Below are positions 19,267 to 28,751 of a stretch of 32,000 bases of DNA, in pieces. The notes beneath the pieces are model-generated. The model had not been told where the DNA came from, ran no database searches, and saw nothing but the letters and a program-made list of their open reading frames with translations. Location: positions 690,001 to 722,000 of the forward strand of contig NZ_CP076228.1 of assembly GCF_021378375.1 (NCBI RefSeq). The letters are read 5' to 3'. Position 1 is the first letter of the stretch. Each line of letters begins with the position of its first letter. A program made the translations under genes and the position numbers. The DNA is from Wolbachia endosymbiont of Drosophila innubila. Its GTDB lineage: Bacteria; Pseudomonadota; Alphaproteobacteria; Rickettsiales; Anaplasmataceae.

Positions 19267-20181
19267 GAGGTTGTCCGGAAACAAGTAAAAGGCTATAATA
19301 TCTGAAATTTTAGTACGGGGTAAAGATGAGAAAAAAGTATCCAACAGATCTAAGCGAAAGGGAATGGGCAAGAATAGAAAAACACTTCAGAGTATCATAC
19401 AAGAAAGGAGGAAGGCTGCCAAAGTATAGCAAAAAAGAAATATTAGAAGCAATTTTCTATGTATTGCGTACAGGGTGTCAATGGCGGTATTTACCAAATG
19501 ATTTTCCGCTATGGAAGACTGTGTATGAGCAGTTCAGGCAATGGAAGAAGCAGGGAATTTTTGAGAAAATGAATTATGAAATTACAAAATATAGTAGAAG
19601 AAAAATAGGAAAGAATGAGCAGCCGAGTGCCTGTATAGTAGATAGTCAATCTGTAAAGACTACAGAAAAGGGGGGATCAAAGCTATGATGGAAGTAAAAA
19701 GTAAAGGGTAGAAAAAGGCATATAATTACAGACACTCAGGGTTTTATACTAGGTTGTTACGTAGGCGCTGCTAACGAAAATGATAGAGATGGTATTAAAA
19801 TAGCATTAAACAATATGAGAACAAAATATACTAAAGTTAAAAAAAATGTGGGCTGACATGGGATACCAAGGAAGAAATTTAAAGAATCACATAAAGGAAG
19901 AATATGACATAGATATTGAAATTGTTAAAAGGCCTCCATGTAGATTTTGGGTGCACAAAGATACGCCACCTGAGCTACTACCAACAAGAGAACAAGGGTT
20001 TAAAGTACAGCCAAGAAGATGGGTTGTAGAAAGGACTTTTGCTTGGGTTAATAGGAATAGAAGGCTATCGAAGGAGTATGATTTACTCACAACATCCACT
20101 GAGAATTTCATATACCTAGCTATGAGTAGGGTTATGTTAAAGAGGGAATATGCTTGAATTTACTAGTTTCCGAACAACCTC
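19267..20181 (+). mobile_element. IS5-family insertion sequence, ISWpi1-like
   Basis: Imperfect terminal inverted repeats GAGGTTGTCCGGAAACAAGTAAA / GAGGTTGTTCGGAAACTAGTAAA, direct TAA flanks (19264-19266 and 20182-20184), transposase fragments inside; ~915-916 bp. Confidence 0.93.
19326..20157 (+). pseudogene. IS5-family transposase, frameshifted in this copy
   Basis: MRKKYPTDLSEREWARIEKHF...DSQSVKTTEKGGSK continues as YDG(S)KK / KGRKRHIITDTQGFILGCYVGAANENDRDGIKIALNNMRTKYTKVKK / MWADMGYQGRNLKNHI...KREYA over three frame changes. Confidence 0.88.
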
Positions 20182-20184
20182 TAA

Positions 20185-20849
20185 AGCATCAACCTGCTAA
20201 GATTGCTGCAATGGAAGGTATATGGGAAACCGAAAAAGGGGCTGGCTTACTTTTATTTGCTTATCCGGATCAGCAAAATGAAATTAATCACTACGAGATA
20301 AAAATTCCTAATCTTGCCAGCTTGATCTTAACACATGATTTTTTAGGAGAAGTAAAAGGATTAAAGGAATGGAAAAAAGAAGATAGACCACCTGTAGTAT
20401 GGGTATTCTGGTCCTTCCGTATAATGGTTGGAGTTGGAATTTTAATGATCATAATTGGGTCAGTAAGTGTTATACAGTATCTTCGTGGCAAATTATTCCA
20501 AAGTTGTTTCTTACATGGATGGTGGATATCAATGATGCCGTCTGGGTTCATAGCGTTACTTGCAGGTTGGTTTACTACTGAAATTGGCCGTCAACCTTAC
20601 ACTGTATATGGAATTATGCGCACAATTGAATCATTTTCATCTGCGATTACCGGTCCTCAGGTTGCATGGTCTTTGATTGCATTTATCGTTATGTATACCC
20701 TTATATTTGGAGCAGGTAGTTACTATATTCTGAAACTTATATACAAAGGAATTCCTGTCATTAAAGAAGAAGAGCAATTTTATAAACACGGTATTGGAGC
20801 TTCAGTGATTGATGCTGGTACATCTGGAAAGGACAACAATCATGTTTGA
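20185..20849 (+). pseudogene. cydA: Cytochrome bd ubiquinol oxidase subunit I, 3' part
   Basis: KHQPAKIAAMEGIWETEKGAGLLLFAYPD...VVWVFWSFRIMVGVGI...GRQPYTVYGIMRT is the CydA C-terminal half; open to its stop. Confidence 0.93.
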
Positions 20850-21864
20850 TTTTTCTTCCTTAATTAATTTACCCCTAATCTGGGGATTACTAATTGCCAT
20901 AGCTGTTTTACTGTATATTTTAATGGATGGGTTTGATTTAGGTATTGGTATTTTACTTCCTTTTGCACCGTCAGATAAATGCCGTGATCACATGATAAGC
21001 TCAATTGCACCATTTTGGGATGGAAACGAAACATGGTTGGTATTGGGTGGTGGAGGGTTGTTTGCTGCTTTTCCTCTTGCATATTCAATATTAATGCCTG
21101 CTTTTTATATTCCAATCATTATTATGCTGCTTGGCCTTATAGTGCGCGGAGTATCCTTTGAGTTTCGTTTTAAGGCAGAAGGAAAATACAGGCGATTATG
21201 GGATTATGCCTTTCATTTTGGGTCACTTGGTGCTGCATTTTGCCAAGGCATGATTTTAGGTGCATTTATACATGGTGTAGAAGTAAACGGACGCAACTTT
21301 TCTGGTGGCCAATTTGATTGGGCAAGTGCTTTTAGTGTAATGACAGGCATTGCTGTGATATTTGGATATGCACTTTTAGGTTCTACATGGCTCATAATGA
21401 AGACAGAAAATATAACACAAGAATGGGCACGCAAGGTTGCTTCTTATACGCTTGGTTTTGTAGGTATTTTCATGGGACTAGTGAGTGTAGTGACACCATT
21501 TTTAAATGAACGTATTAAAAACTTTTGGTTTAGCATGCCAAATTTTTATTATTTATTTTCTATTCCATTACTCACATCTTGGCTATTTTTCATGCTGTGG
21601 TTTGATCTTCAGAATACTAAACGGGAGTACCGTCCATTCTTTCTCAGTATTGCTATTTTTTTTATGGGATATTTAGGTTTAGGAATTAGTATCTACCCAT
21701 GGATTATACCTTTTCAATATACCATTCTGGATGCAGCTGCTTCTGGGCCAAGTTTATCTTTAATGCTCATTGTTATAATACCGCTTTTACCAATCATTTT
21801 AACTTACACTGGTTATTGCTATTATGTCTTTCGTGGAAAATCAAATTATGAACACACATATTAA
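20842..21864 (+). CDS. cydB: Cytochrome bd ubiquinol oxidase subunit II
   Basis: YILMDGFDLGIGILLPF, WDGNETWLVLGGGGLFAAFPLAYS, RGVSFEFRFK; start set at MFDFSS, overlapping the cydA stop. Confidence 0.95.
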   Translation: MFDFSSLINLPLIWGLLIAIAVLLYILMDGFDLGIGILLPFAPSDKCRDHMISSIAPFWDGNETWLVLGGGGLFAAFPLAYSILMPAFYIPIIIMLLGLIVRGVSFEFRFKAEGKYRRLWDYAFHFGSLGAAFCQGMILGAFIHGVEVNGRNFSGGQFDWASAFSVMTGIAVIFGYALLGSTWLIMKTENITQEWARKVASYTLGFVGIFMGLVSVVTPFLNERIKNFWFSMPNFYYLFSIPLLTSWLFFMLWFDLQNTKREYRPFFLSIAIFFMGYLGLGISIYPWIIPFQYTILDAAASGPSLSLMLIVIIPLLPIILTYTGYCYYVFRGKSNYEHTY

Positions 21865-21879
21865 GGAGTTAGTGACCTT

Positions 21880-21984
21880 ATGGTTAAAACGTTACCCTTA
21901 AATCAAGCAGTTGTTCAGGCAATGGCGTCAACTCAAGAGCCTTCATTAGCAAACCCTCTTATGGATTTTCTGAAAAGTTTTTGA
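21880..21984 (+). CDS. Possible 34-aa small protein directly downstream of cydB
   Basis: AAGGAG upstream of ATG; MVKTLPLNQAVVQAMASTQEPSLANPLMDFLKSF. Too short for confidence. Confidence 0.35.
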   Translation: MVKTLPLNQAVVQAMASTQEPSLANPLMDFLKSF

Positions 21985-22114
21985 GTATATTGTATTTTTA
22001 ATTTGTAGAATAAGTTTTTTTCCTTTTTGCATGCTAACCAAAAAGGGTTCTGTCATCCTTCTTGTCATATAAGTAGCTTGACGCGGGCATTCAGTTTTCT
22101 TTATAATTTTCTTT

Positions 22115-22999
22115 GTGAAAGAACAAAGATGCTTATTTGTAACCATAGCTGGCTTACCAAATGCTGGGAAGTCTACATTAATTAACAGCATCATAGGCAA
22201 GAAAATTGCAATTGTCACCCCTAAAGTGCAAACAACAAGGACGCAAATAAGGGGTGTTGCAACATGCAACAACACACAAATTGTCTTTACTGACTCCCCA
22301 GGAATTTTCTCAGCAGAAACAAAACTTGAAAAAGCTTTAGTCAAATCTGCATGGTCGGCAGTTAAGGATAGTGACATCACTTTGTTGCTTGTTGATGTAA
22401 GCAATTATTTGAAAAATATAGAAAGAATTAAGACTATATTTATGCGGCTGCAGCGCACAAAAGGCAGATGCATTTTGGTTATCAATAAAACTGATTTGGT
22501 AAAAAGGCCTGAATTAAAGATGGCGCATGAGCATCTGAATTTGCTTTATAAATTTGAAAAGGTTTTTATGATATCAGCATTAAAGAATGATGGACTTTCT
22601 GATTTGATGAATTACTTGTCTGAAGTTGCATCGGTGAGCCCCTGGTTTTATGAAGAAGATCAAATAACCGATTCCTCGACAAATTTTTTATCAGCAGAAA
22701 TTACGAGAGAAAAATTATTCTTGAACTTGCGTGAAGAATTGCCATACTCTACAGCTGTTATAACTGAACAATTTGAGGAAAAAAAAGATAAGAGTTTAGT
22801 CATCAAACAGATCATATTTGTGTTGAAAGATAGTCATAAAAAAATAGTACTAGGAAAAGATGGCAGTAATATTAAAAAAATTAATATCGAAGCGCGTGCT
22901 GAACTAGAAAAATTATTTGAGTGCAAGGTACACCTCTTTTTATTTGTGAAAGTGCGACCTTGGATCGACCGTCCGGAGGAGTATATAGGCAATGCTTAA
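22115..22999 (+). CDS. era: GTPase Era
   Basis: 294 aa, GTG start; GLPNAGKSTLINSI, TDSPGI, NKTD and C-terminal KH domain VLGKDGSNIKKINIEARAELEKLF. Confidence 0.96.
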   Translation: MKEQRCLFVTIAGLPNAGKSTLINSIIGKKIAIVTPKVQTTRTQIRGVATCNNTQIVFTDSPGIFSAETKLEKALVKSAWSAVKDSDITLLLVDVSNYLKNIERIKTIFMRLQRTKGRCILVINKTDLVKRPELKMAHEHLNLLYKFEKVFMISALKNDGLSDLMNYLSEVASVSPWFYEEDQITDSSTNFLSAEITREKLFLNLREELPYSTAVITEQFEEKKDKSLVIKQIIFVLKDSHKKIVLGKDGSNIKKINIEARAELEKLFECKVHLFLFVKVRPWIDRPEEYIGNA

Positions 23000-23816
23000 T
23001 TCTTTATTGGTATTTGATATTGAAACTATACCAGATGTAAATTCCTGCAAAAATTTACTCAATATTAGTGATGATAGTAGTGTAGAAGAGAAGAGGGATG
23101 CATTAACAAAATATCATCTTGAAATAACAAACGGGCAAAACTCTTTTCTGCGTCAGCCTTTTCACCTTGTTGTAGTTATTAGTTTTTTACTTTGCAATAT
23201 AAGCTACCAGAGTGGTTATGAGGTGTTCACACTGCAAGAAATAAGATCTGGAGGCACACTAAATTCCAGTGAAAAGGAGCTAGTGAAAGGATTTTTTAAC
23301 TACATATCAGAGAAAAAGCCAAGATTAGTTTCGTTCAACGGACGCACTTTTGATATACCAGTGCTGAAGTATCGTGCTATGGTCCATGGCATTCAAGCAG
23401 AATATTTTCATAAAGCTGGCGATAAGTGGAATAGTTACAATCAGAGATATAGCAGTGATTGGCATTGTGATTTGCTTGAATCCCTCTCTGATTTTGGAGC
23501 TTCTGCGAGAGTAAAAATGAACGAAGTTTGTGCAGCATTTAATCTTCCTGGTAAGGTTGGAGTTGATGGGTCACAAGTTATGGACTTATACGATAGCGGC
23601 AAGATACAAGAGATTCGAGATTATTGTGAAACAGATGTAATTAACACTTATTTGATTTACTTAAGGTTCATGCATCATCAGGGAAGGATTACTACTGAAA
23701 GCTACAACAAAAGTGTGGAAGAGCTACTTTTAGAGTGCGAAAAAAAAGAATACCTAAAGAAATTTAAAGAAGAATGGCAAATAACTTGTGGTGGAAATTT
23801 TACTTCCATAGAATAA
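22992..23816 (+). CDS. PolB-related 3'-5' exonuclease (RNase H-like)
   Basis: 274 aa; VFDIETIPD, RLVSFNGRTFDIPVLKYRA, DYCETDVINTYLIYLR. Confidence 0.87.
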   Translation: MLNSLLVFDIETIPDVNSCKNLLNISDDSSVEEKRDALTKYHLEITNGQNSFLRQPFHLVVVISFLLCNISYQSGYEVFTLQEIRSGGTLNSSEKELVKGFFNYISEKKPRLVSFNGRTFDIPVLKYRAMVHGIQAEYFHKAGDKWNSYNQRYSSDWHCDLLESLSDFGASARVKMNEVCAAFNLPGKVGVDGSQVMDLYDSGKIQEIRDYCETDVINTYLIYLRFMHHQGRITTESYNKSVEELLLECEKKEYLKKFKEEWQITCGGNFTSIE

Positions 23817-24018
23817 ATAGTCGAGTTATAATGCACTAACAAGCGAACCTCTCTACTAAATTTTGGTTAATATACACGTTGAGCATATTAAGAAAGTTGC
23901 TTTTAAGGTATTGCATTTTACTTTTATTTTTGTTATAAGGTTGCTTTAAGTTGAATTTTCAACATTTTTATACTATTTACATTTAAGATATGATTTCGAA
24001 ATTTTTTGGGGGCACTTC

Positions 24019-25998
24019 ATGAAAAAGTCTATGTATACTAGAACTGCTCTAGTTTCTTTATTAACTTTATGTTCTTTCAGCAGTTTTGCAGCTGACTTTC
24101 CTGATGAGAGTATGAAGGAAATAAAAAAGCAAGAGAGCACAAAAACTTCTGGAAAAGTGGAAGTTATGAAAACATCAAATAAAAAACTGAAAGAAAAGAT
24201 GGACAGAATATGTAATGCTGATCCAAGAAAAAAAGCTGAAGAGCTTAAGAAAAAAGAGGAGCTAAGATTAGCAGCCGAGCAGAAGAAAAAAGAGGAGATC
24301 AGGCTAGCAAATGAGAAAAAAGCAAAGCTTATAGAGGATTCAAAAGCGAAAGCTCTAAACGCTAAGAATTCTAATATAGAAAAAGGTAAAGTTTCAAAAA
24401 CTAAGCGTTCTAAAACTAAGAATGCTAAAGTTGAAGCTAAAGATGTAAAGAAGGATATAAAAGTTGTTAACAAAAATACAGAGGAAAAAGGTAAGGCAAG
24501 TCCTGTTGTTTCAGTTGGTGGAGTTGATATTATCGATACCAATCAAGGGCAAAGTAATTTAAGAATAACTTTTGGTGGTGTTGTTGATGCTCAAGGTTAT
24601 GGCAAAGCTGGACCAAGTGGCGCAGATTATAAACGTTATAACGTTATGCCAAACAGATCTACAGAGTATTATAATGCCACTTCAGATATAACAAGAGGAG
24701 CAAATCCAATATTCTATAAAGGAATAGGAAATATTGGTGATTACAGCAACGATATGGGTATGATTGCTGATGCAATATTGCACCTCAGAGCAGAAAATAA
24801 GAATGAAGATTTAGGTCTTCTTTATGGTGCTGACGTGCAGTTTCATGTTCCAGTGACCGAAGGTAAGGGAGCTTCACAGGGTGTTTATGCTGCAAAAGGC
24901 AGAAGTGCGCATGTGTTTGTTAACTCAAAATATGGTGACGTGAAGCTTGGTTACCAATTTGGTCCTGAGGCTCTGATGAGGCTTGATGCAACAAGAATTG
25001 CGACTGTTGACGGAGCTGCAGATAGTGACTGGTTCAGAAAAGTGAACTTAGAAGGAAGCGCTGCTAGCTTTCCATTTTATGTAACACCACGTCTTTACAC
25101 TGAAAGTTTTTCGAGTGAAAGTGAAAAATTCTCTTTCCGCATGGCAGGGAAATATAACAAAGGCGTTATGACTACACTGCCATTTAGAGTTGCTTACTAC
25201 TCACCAAATTATATGGGCGCAAGATTTGGTATCAGCTACTCACCTCGTTATGATAGTGGTTTGTTTACTGTAAAAGAAACAGTTTCAGAAGATAAAGGCG
25301 ATAAGATAGAACATAAGGAAACGATAAAGCATGTCGGCCCAGACTATGAGCACATAGTAAGTGCTGGTGCATCATATGAATATGACTTTGATAAACATAA
25401 CATAAAAGTTAAAACTTCTGCAGTTGGTGAATATGGCTTTCCAAAGCAACCAAGTAAAGATAAGCATCTTTATAAGGAATTTGTGGAGTATAATGACCTG
25501 ATGGGTGTTAATTTTGGTGTAAGCGCTGATTATAAGATTAATGAAGATCAAGGCGTAAAGTTTGCTGCCTCTTTTGCATACTTGGGCAAATCTGGTCAAC
25601 CGAAGGGTATTAAAAAATTAATTGGTAATACCTACACGGAAATTGATAGTAAAGATGATACTGATGGCAAAAGAGTGGAAGGGCTGAAAGCTCAATTTGG
25701 TAAAGATAGTATAGATACCATGTATTGGACTGTAGGAGCTGGGTATCAACATGAGAATATCTACACAAGTTTGACGTATTTTGGCAGCAGAATGAATGAC
25801 AAAGATATGCTTCATGATGGTGCACTTGGCGTTCAATATGATCTGTCTCCTGCATGCAGTAAGAGCAAATTTGTTCCTTACGCAGCTCTCCATTATTTTA
25901 TGACTAACGAAACAGGTAAGCTGAAAGATGAGTCTGATGCTGATGTACCTTCTAACCAAGGAATTCTCCTTCTTACTGGTGTGAAGTTTTCTTTCTAA
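24019..25998 (+). CDS. Porin-like outer-membrane beta-barrel protein with Lys-rich N-terminal segment
   Basis: 659 aa; signal peptide MKKSMYTRTALVSLLTLCSFSSFAAD, ~120-aa Lys/Glu-rich region, barrel-like repeats (DVKLGYQFGPEAL), terminal GVKFSF ending in Phe. Confidence 0.88.
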   Translation: MKKSMYTRTALVSLLTLCSFSSFAADFPDESMKEIKKQESTKTSGKVEVMKTSNKKLKEKMDRICNADPRKKAEELKKKEELRLAAEQKKKEEIRLANEKKAKLIEDSKAKALNAKNSNIEKGKVSKTKRSKTKNAKVEAKDVKKDIKVVNKNTEEKGKASPVVSVGGVDIIDTNQGQSNLRITFGGVVDAQGYGKAGPSGADYKRYNVMPNRSTEYYNATSDITRGANPIFYKGIGNIGDYSNDMGMIADAILHLRAENKNEDLGLLYGADVQFHVPVTEGKGASQGVYAAKGRSAHVFVNSKYGDVKLGYQFGPEALMRLDATRIATVDGAADSDWFRKVNLEGSAASFPFYVTPRLYTESFSSESEKFSFRMAGKYNKGVMTTLPFRVAYYSPNYMGARFGISYSPRYDSGLFTVKETVSEDKGDKIEHKETIKHVGPDYEHIVSAGASYEYDFDKHNIKVKTSAVGEYGFPKQPSKDKHLYKEFVEYNDLMGVNFGVSADYKINEDQGVKFAASFAYLGKSGQPKGIKKLIGNTYTEIDSKDDTDGKRVEGLKAQFGKDSIDTMYWTVGAGYQHENIYTSLTYFGSRMNDKDMLHDGALGVQYDLSPACSKSKFVPYAALHYFMTNETGKLKDESDADVPSNQGILLLTGVKFSF

Positions 25999-26009
25999 CC
26001 AGCCAGTAC

Positions 26010-26031
26010 ACACCACAGTTAACTGTGGTGT
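26010..26031. terminator. Palindromic hairpin after porin gene, likely terminator
   Basis: Perfect 22-bp palindrome ACACCACAGTTAACTGTGGTGT, 12 bp after the stop codon. Confidence 0.5.
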
Positions 26032-26108
26032 ATTCTTGTCTGTTAGTGTTTATTTGTCGATCAAATAAACATATGGTGTCCTCTCTCCTGTCATCCCAGT
26101 GCGTGACA

Positions 26109-26313
26109 CACAACTGTACGAACATTGTGATTTGAGGACACTCCACCAAGAAGGATGTCATCCCAGTGCCCAGACACTGGGATCCAGCTTTCCATGCAAC
26201 TTCATCAAAAGCGTTTGTTCAGCATAAGATCAGCCACTTTTTATGCTCACCAAATCAGTTTGCTTACTTACAAGCAAAATTTCCTGGATTCCAGTGTCAA
26301 GCACTGGAATGAC
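26109..26313. repeat. MITE-like hairpin repeat (copy B)
   Basis: CACAACTGTACGAACATTG motif at 26109..26127, then ATCCCAGTG-CCCAGA-CACTGGGAT and ATTCCAGTG-TCAAG-CACTGGAAT hairpins with ~100-bp spacer similar to copy A. Confidence 0.65.
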
Positions 26314-26434
26314 ACCCTATGGTCACCGGAATGACGCTTTATGGCTACTTAGATGATGAGAAAAGAACACACTGCCCTTATTCTACTGGCCGTATAGCTA
26401 CTTTCAAATTTAATCAATTAAGCAGGAGGCCCCT

Positions 26435-27241
26435 ATGCAAACCACACTAAAAAATCATTTAGCTGGAGAATTACTTACCACCGCTACGTGCTGGAAATTA
26501 AAGCTCGCAGGTGGAGAAGTAATGGGATTCACTGACTATGATGAAGATTTAAATATTGATAATATACTCTATAAATCTTCAAGTGGATTTACAGCCAGTA
26601 GTATAATATTAAACAGCGATTTGAAAACTGATAATCTAGAAATTGAAGGGATATTAAATAGTGCTGATATTAAAGAAGAAGATGTTTTATCAGGAAAGTA
26701 CGACTTTGCAAACATTGAAATATTTCTTGTGAATTATAAAGACTTGACCCAGGGAACAATGAATCTACATTCAGGAATTTTTGGTAAAGTGACATTAAGT
26801 AGTGGAAGATTTATTGTTGAAATTAGAGGGCTTTCAGCAAAGCTTGAGAGAAGCATAGCAGAATTATACTCTCCTGCATGCAGAGCACAATTTTGCGATG
26901 ATAAATGTAAAGCCGATACTAAAAAATTTAGTAAAATAAGTACAATCACTAAAGTAATAGACGAAAGAAGATTTGAAGACACGAATTTAACTGAGAGTGA
27001 TGAATATTATAAGCACGGAGTAGTAAAATTCTTTGGCTCAATAGCGTTTGAAGGTGTAGTAAAAGAATATAAAAATAAAGTAGTTACGTTGTTTACTTCG
27101 CCTCCATACCAAATTTTTGCTGGAGATAAATATTCAATACTCGCAGGTTGCGATAAAACATTTCCAACTTGCAGAAGCAAGTTTAACAATACTGTGAATT
27201 TTCGTGGTGAACCCTATATACCAGGTTTTTATATTGTTTAG
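26435..27241 (+). CDS. Phage/GTA baseplate-like protein (DUF2163 / BR0599 type)
   Basis: 268 aa; LYSPACRAQFCDDKCKAD and ILAGCDKTFPTCRSKFNNTVNFRGEPYIPG are hallmarks of the BR0599 C-terminal domain seen in GTA ORFg13-type proteins. Confidence 0.85.
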   Translation: MQTTLKNHLAGELLTTATCWKLKLAGGEVMGFTDYDEDLNIDNILYKSSSGFTASSIILNSDLKTDNLEIEGILNSADIKEEDVLSGKYDFANIEIFLVNYKDLTQGTMNLHSGIFGKVTLSSGRFIVEIRGLSAKLERSIAELYSPACRAQFCDDKCKADTKKFSKISTITKVIDERRFEDTNLTESDEYYKHGVVKFFGSIAFEGVVKEYKNKVVTLFTSPPYQIFAGDKYSILAGCDKTFPTCRSKFNNTVNFRGEPYIPGFYIV

Positions 27242-27272
27242 CAGTACAATTTTCAATATTATGAATAAGCAT

Positions 27273-27359
27273 GGAAAGGTGGCTGAGTGGTCTAAAGCAC
27301 ACGCTTGGAAAGCGTGCACATATGAAAATATGTCGGGGGTTCGAATCCCCCTTTTTCCG
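27273..27359 (+). tRNA. tRNA-Ser(GGA)
   Basis: Acceptor GGAAAGG/TTTTTCC, anticodon loop CTTGGAAAG within GCACACGC..GCGTGC, long variable arm, T-arm GGGGGTTCGAATCCCCC; CCA not encoded. Confidence 0.95.
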
Positions 27360-27445
27360 TATGTTACTTCTAGAATAGTATAAAACCCCCGGTCGCGCAC
27401 ACAACTGTACGAACATTGTAATATGGTACAATGTTACAACTATGC

Positions 27446-28448
27446 GGTGGTAATTTACGATAAATTCATGTAGCCATTTCAAATTTAGCCATACCAATGT
27501 CAGTAAATTGATTAAGCAAATAACACTTGAGTAGCAGTTCCTTCCCACGATTAATTTCAGATTTGTTCCGAAAATTAAACCCGAATGTTTGTTTCAGTCG
27601 CGAGAAAAAACTTTCTACATAAGATCTTTTTCCGTAGTTTGTTTGCCTTTTCCACCTCTTCATTCCATCTTCGCTGTATGACTTTATTAGTCTAATTGCA
27701 GCATTTCTCTCTGCCATACTTTGGATGCTCTGCTGCATTGTTTTTTTGGAGGAATTTTTGTCTTTATGCCGCATTCATCACACAATTTATAGAGTTTATG
27801 TCTGTCATATGCTCTGTCTGCATATAGTGCTTTTATGGCATGCTGAAAATTAACTCCTTTAAGTAAATCGCAAGCTCCATAGTGATCAGACCGTTACTGT
27901 ATTTTGCAGCTATGGCTTTTTTGCTGTTTATATTCAACATTACATGCAATTTTCTTGTCTGTTCATAACCACGATATTTTCTGTCAGCGCTATTTTCCTT
28001 GCTGTGTGTTGTTATAAATGCTGATGCTTGTGCTATCTATGGCAATTTCGATATCTTCCATATTATTTTTATCAATTCTGCAATCATTGATCTTAATATT
28101 AAGTTTTTTTTGAAGCTTGCGAATAGCTGATAACTGCTAAATCTCTTCCTATTTGTTGCAAATATCCTTTTATAAACCCGACTGTTTGTCTTAAGCCAAT
28201 TCTAAAAAGATTAACGATTATATGCACTAAAATCACAACTTTATCACTATAAATATAGTTGCCGCCCTGCATTTTTGGACTATTTTCATACCAATTTTCG
28301 ATAGCTTTATCGATGTAACGAAAAATATTTCCTCTTTTTTCTAGAAATTTGTTATATTCATGGCAGTTACTAACTCTCATTTTTTGTGGCATATTTTTCC
28401 TTAAGCGGTTAAATGGCTATTTTATAATGAATTTTGTCAGTAGCCACC
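27446..28448 (-). mobile_element. Decayed IS5-family element (IS903-like transposase)
   Basis: Imperfect inverted ends GGTGGTAATTTACGATAAATTCAT / GGTGGCTACTGACAAAATTCAT enclosing transposase remnants. Confidence 0.65.
27466..28392 (-). pseudogene. IS5-family transposase pseudogene
   Basis: N-terminal RVSNCHEYNKFLEKRGNIFRYIDKAIENWYE...IYSDKVV and C-terminal NYGKRSYVESFFSRLKQTFGFNFRNKSEINRGKELLLKCYLLNQF lie in separate ORFs with a broken middle. Confidence 0.88.
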
Positions 28449-28751
28449 AGATTTTTTCAGTTGCGATGCAACAGAGCCATCCCAGTGTCAAGCACTGGGA
28501 TGACAGGAAAAGAGGCTATTTGGATGACATCTTTCTTCTTGGTATAAATTACTTTTATATCTCAATGTTCGTACAGCTATGCACGTTGCCGCATAGTGGA
28601 TGAGGTGTACTACCTCTAAGAGTATACATTATCTCACATAATAATATAATATTTCGTTCATAAATCAACGTTTTTAACATGCAGCAAGAACATTTCCGTT
28701 GTAATTAAGGTTCTTAAGATGTATATTAATGAATCTTGTTTTCAATAAATA

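Larger units (their letters stand above)
27400..28581. repeat. MITE-like repeat (copy C), apparently interrupted by an IS element
   Basis: CACAACTGTACGAACATTG at 27400..27418 and inverted CAATGTTCGTACAGCTATG at 28563..28581 (17/19 identical as reverse complements); ATCCCAGTG-TCAAG-CACTGGGAT hairpin near 28480. Confidence 0.5.

Noticed and set aside
22022-22046. CCTTTTTG...CAAAAAGG hairpin between cydB and era
   Set aside because: Looks terminator-like but has no T run following the stem on the plus strand, so I did not call it.
25973-26161. ORFs sharing the peptide MFVQLC (25973..26161, 27183..27548, 28349..28603)
   Set aside because: The shared peptide is a translation of the repeat end motif ATGTTCGTACAGTTGTG, not protein homology.
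27134-27548. Minus-strand ORFs containing GIRTPDIFSYVHAFQACALDHSATFP and KKGDSNPRHIFICARFPSVCFRPLSHL
   Set aside because: They are antisense readings of tRNA-Ser, a classic spurious annotation.
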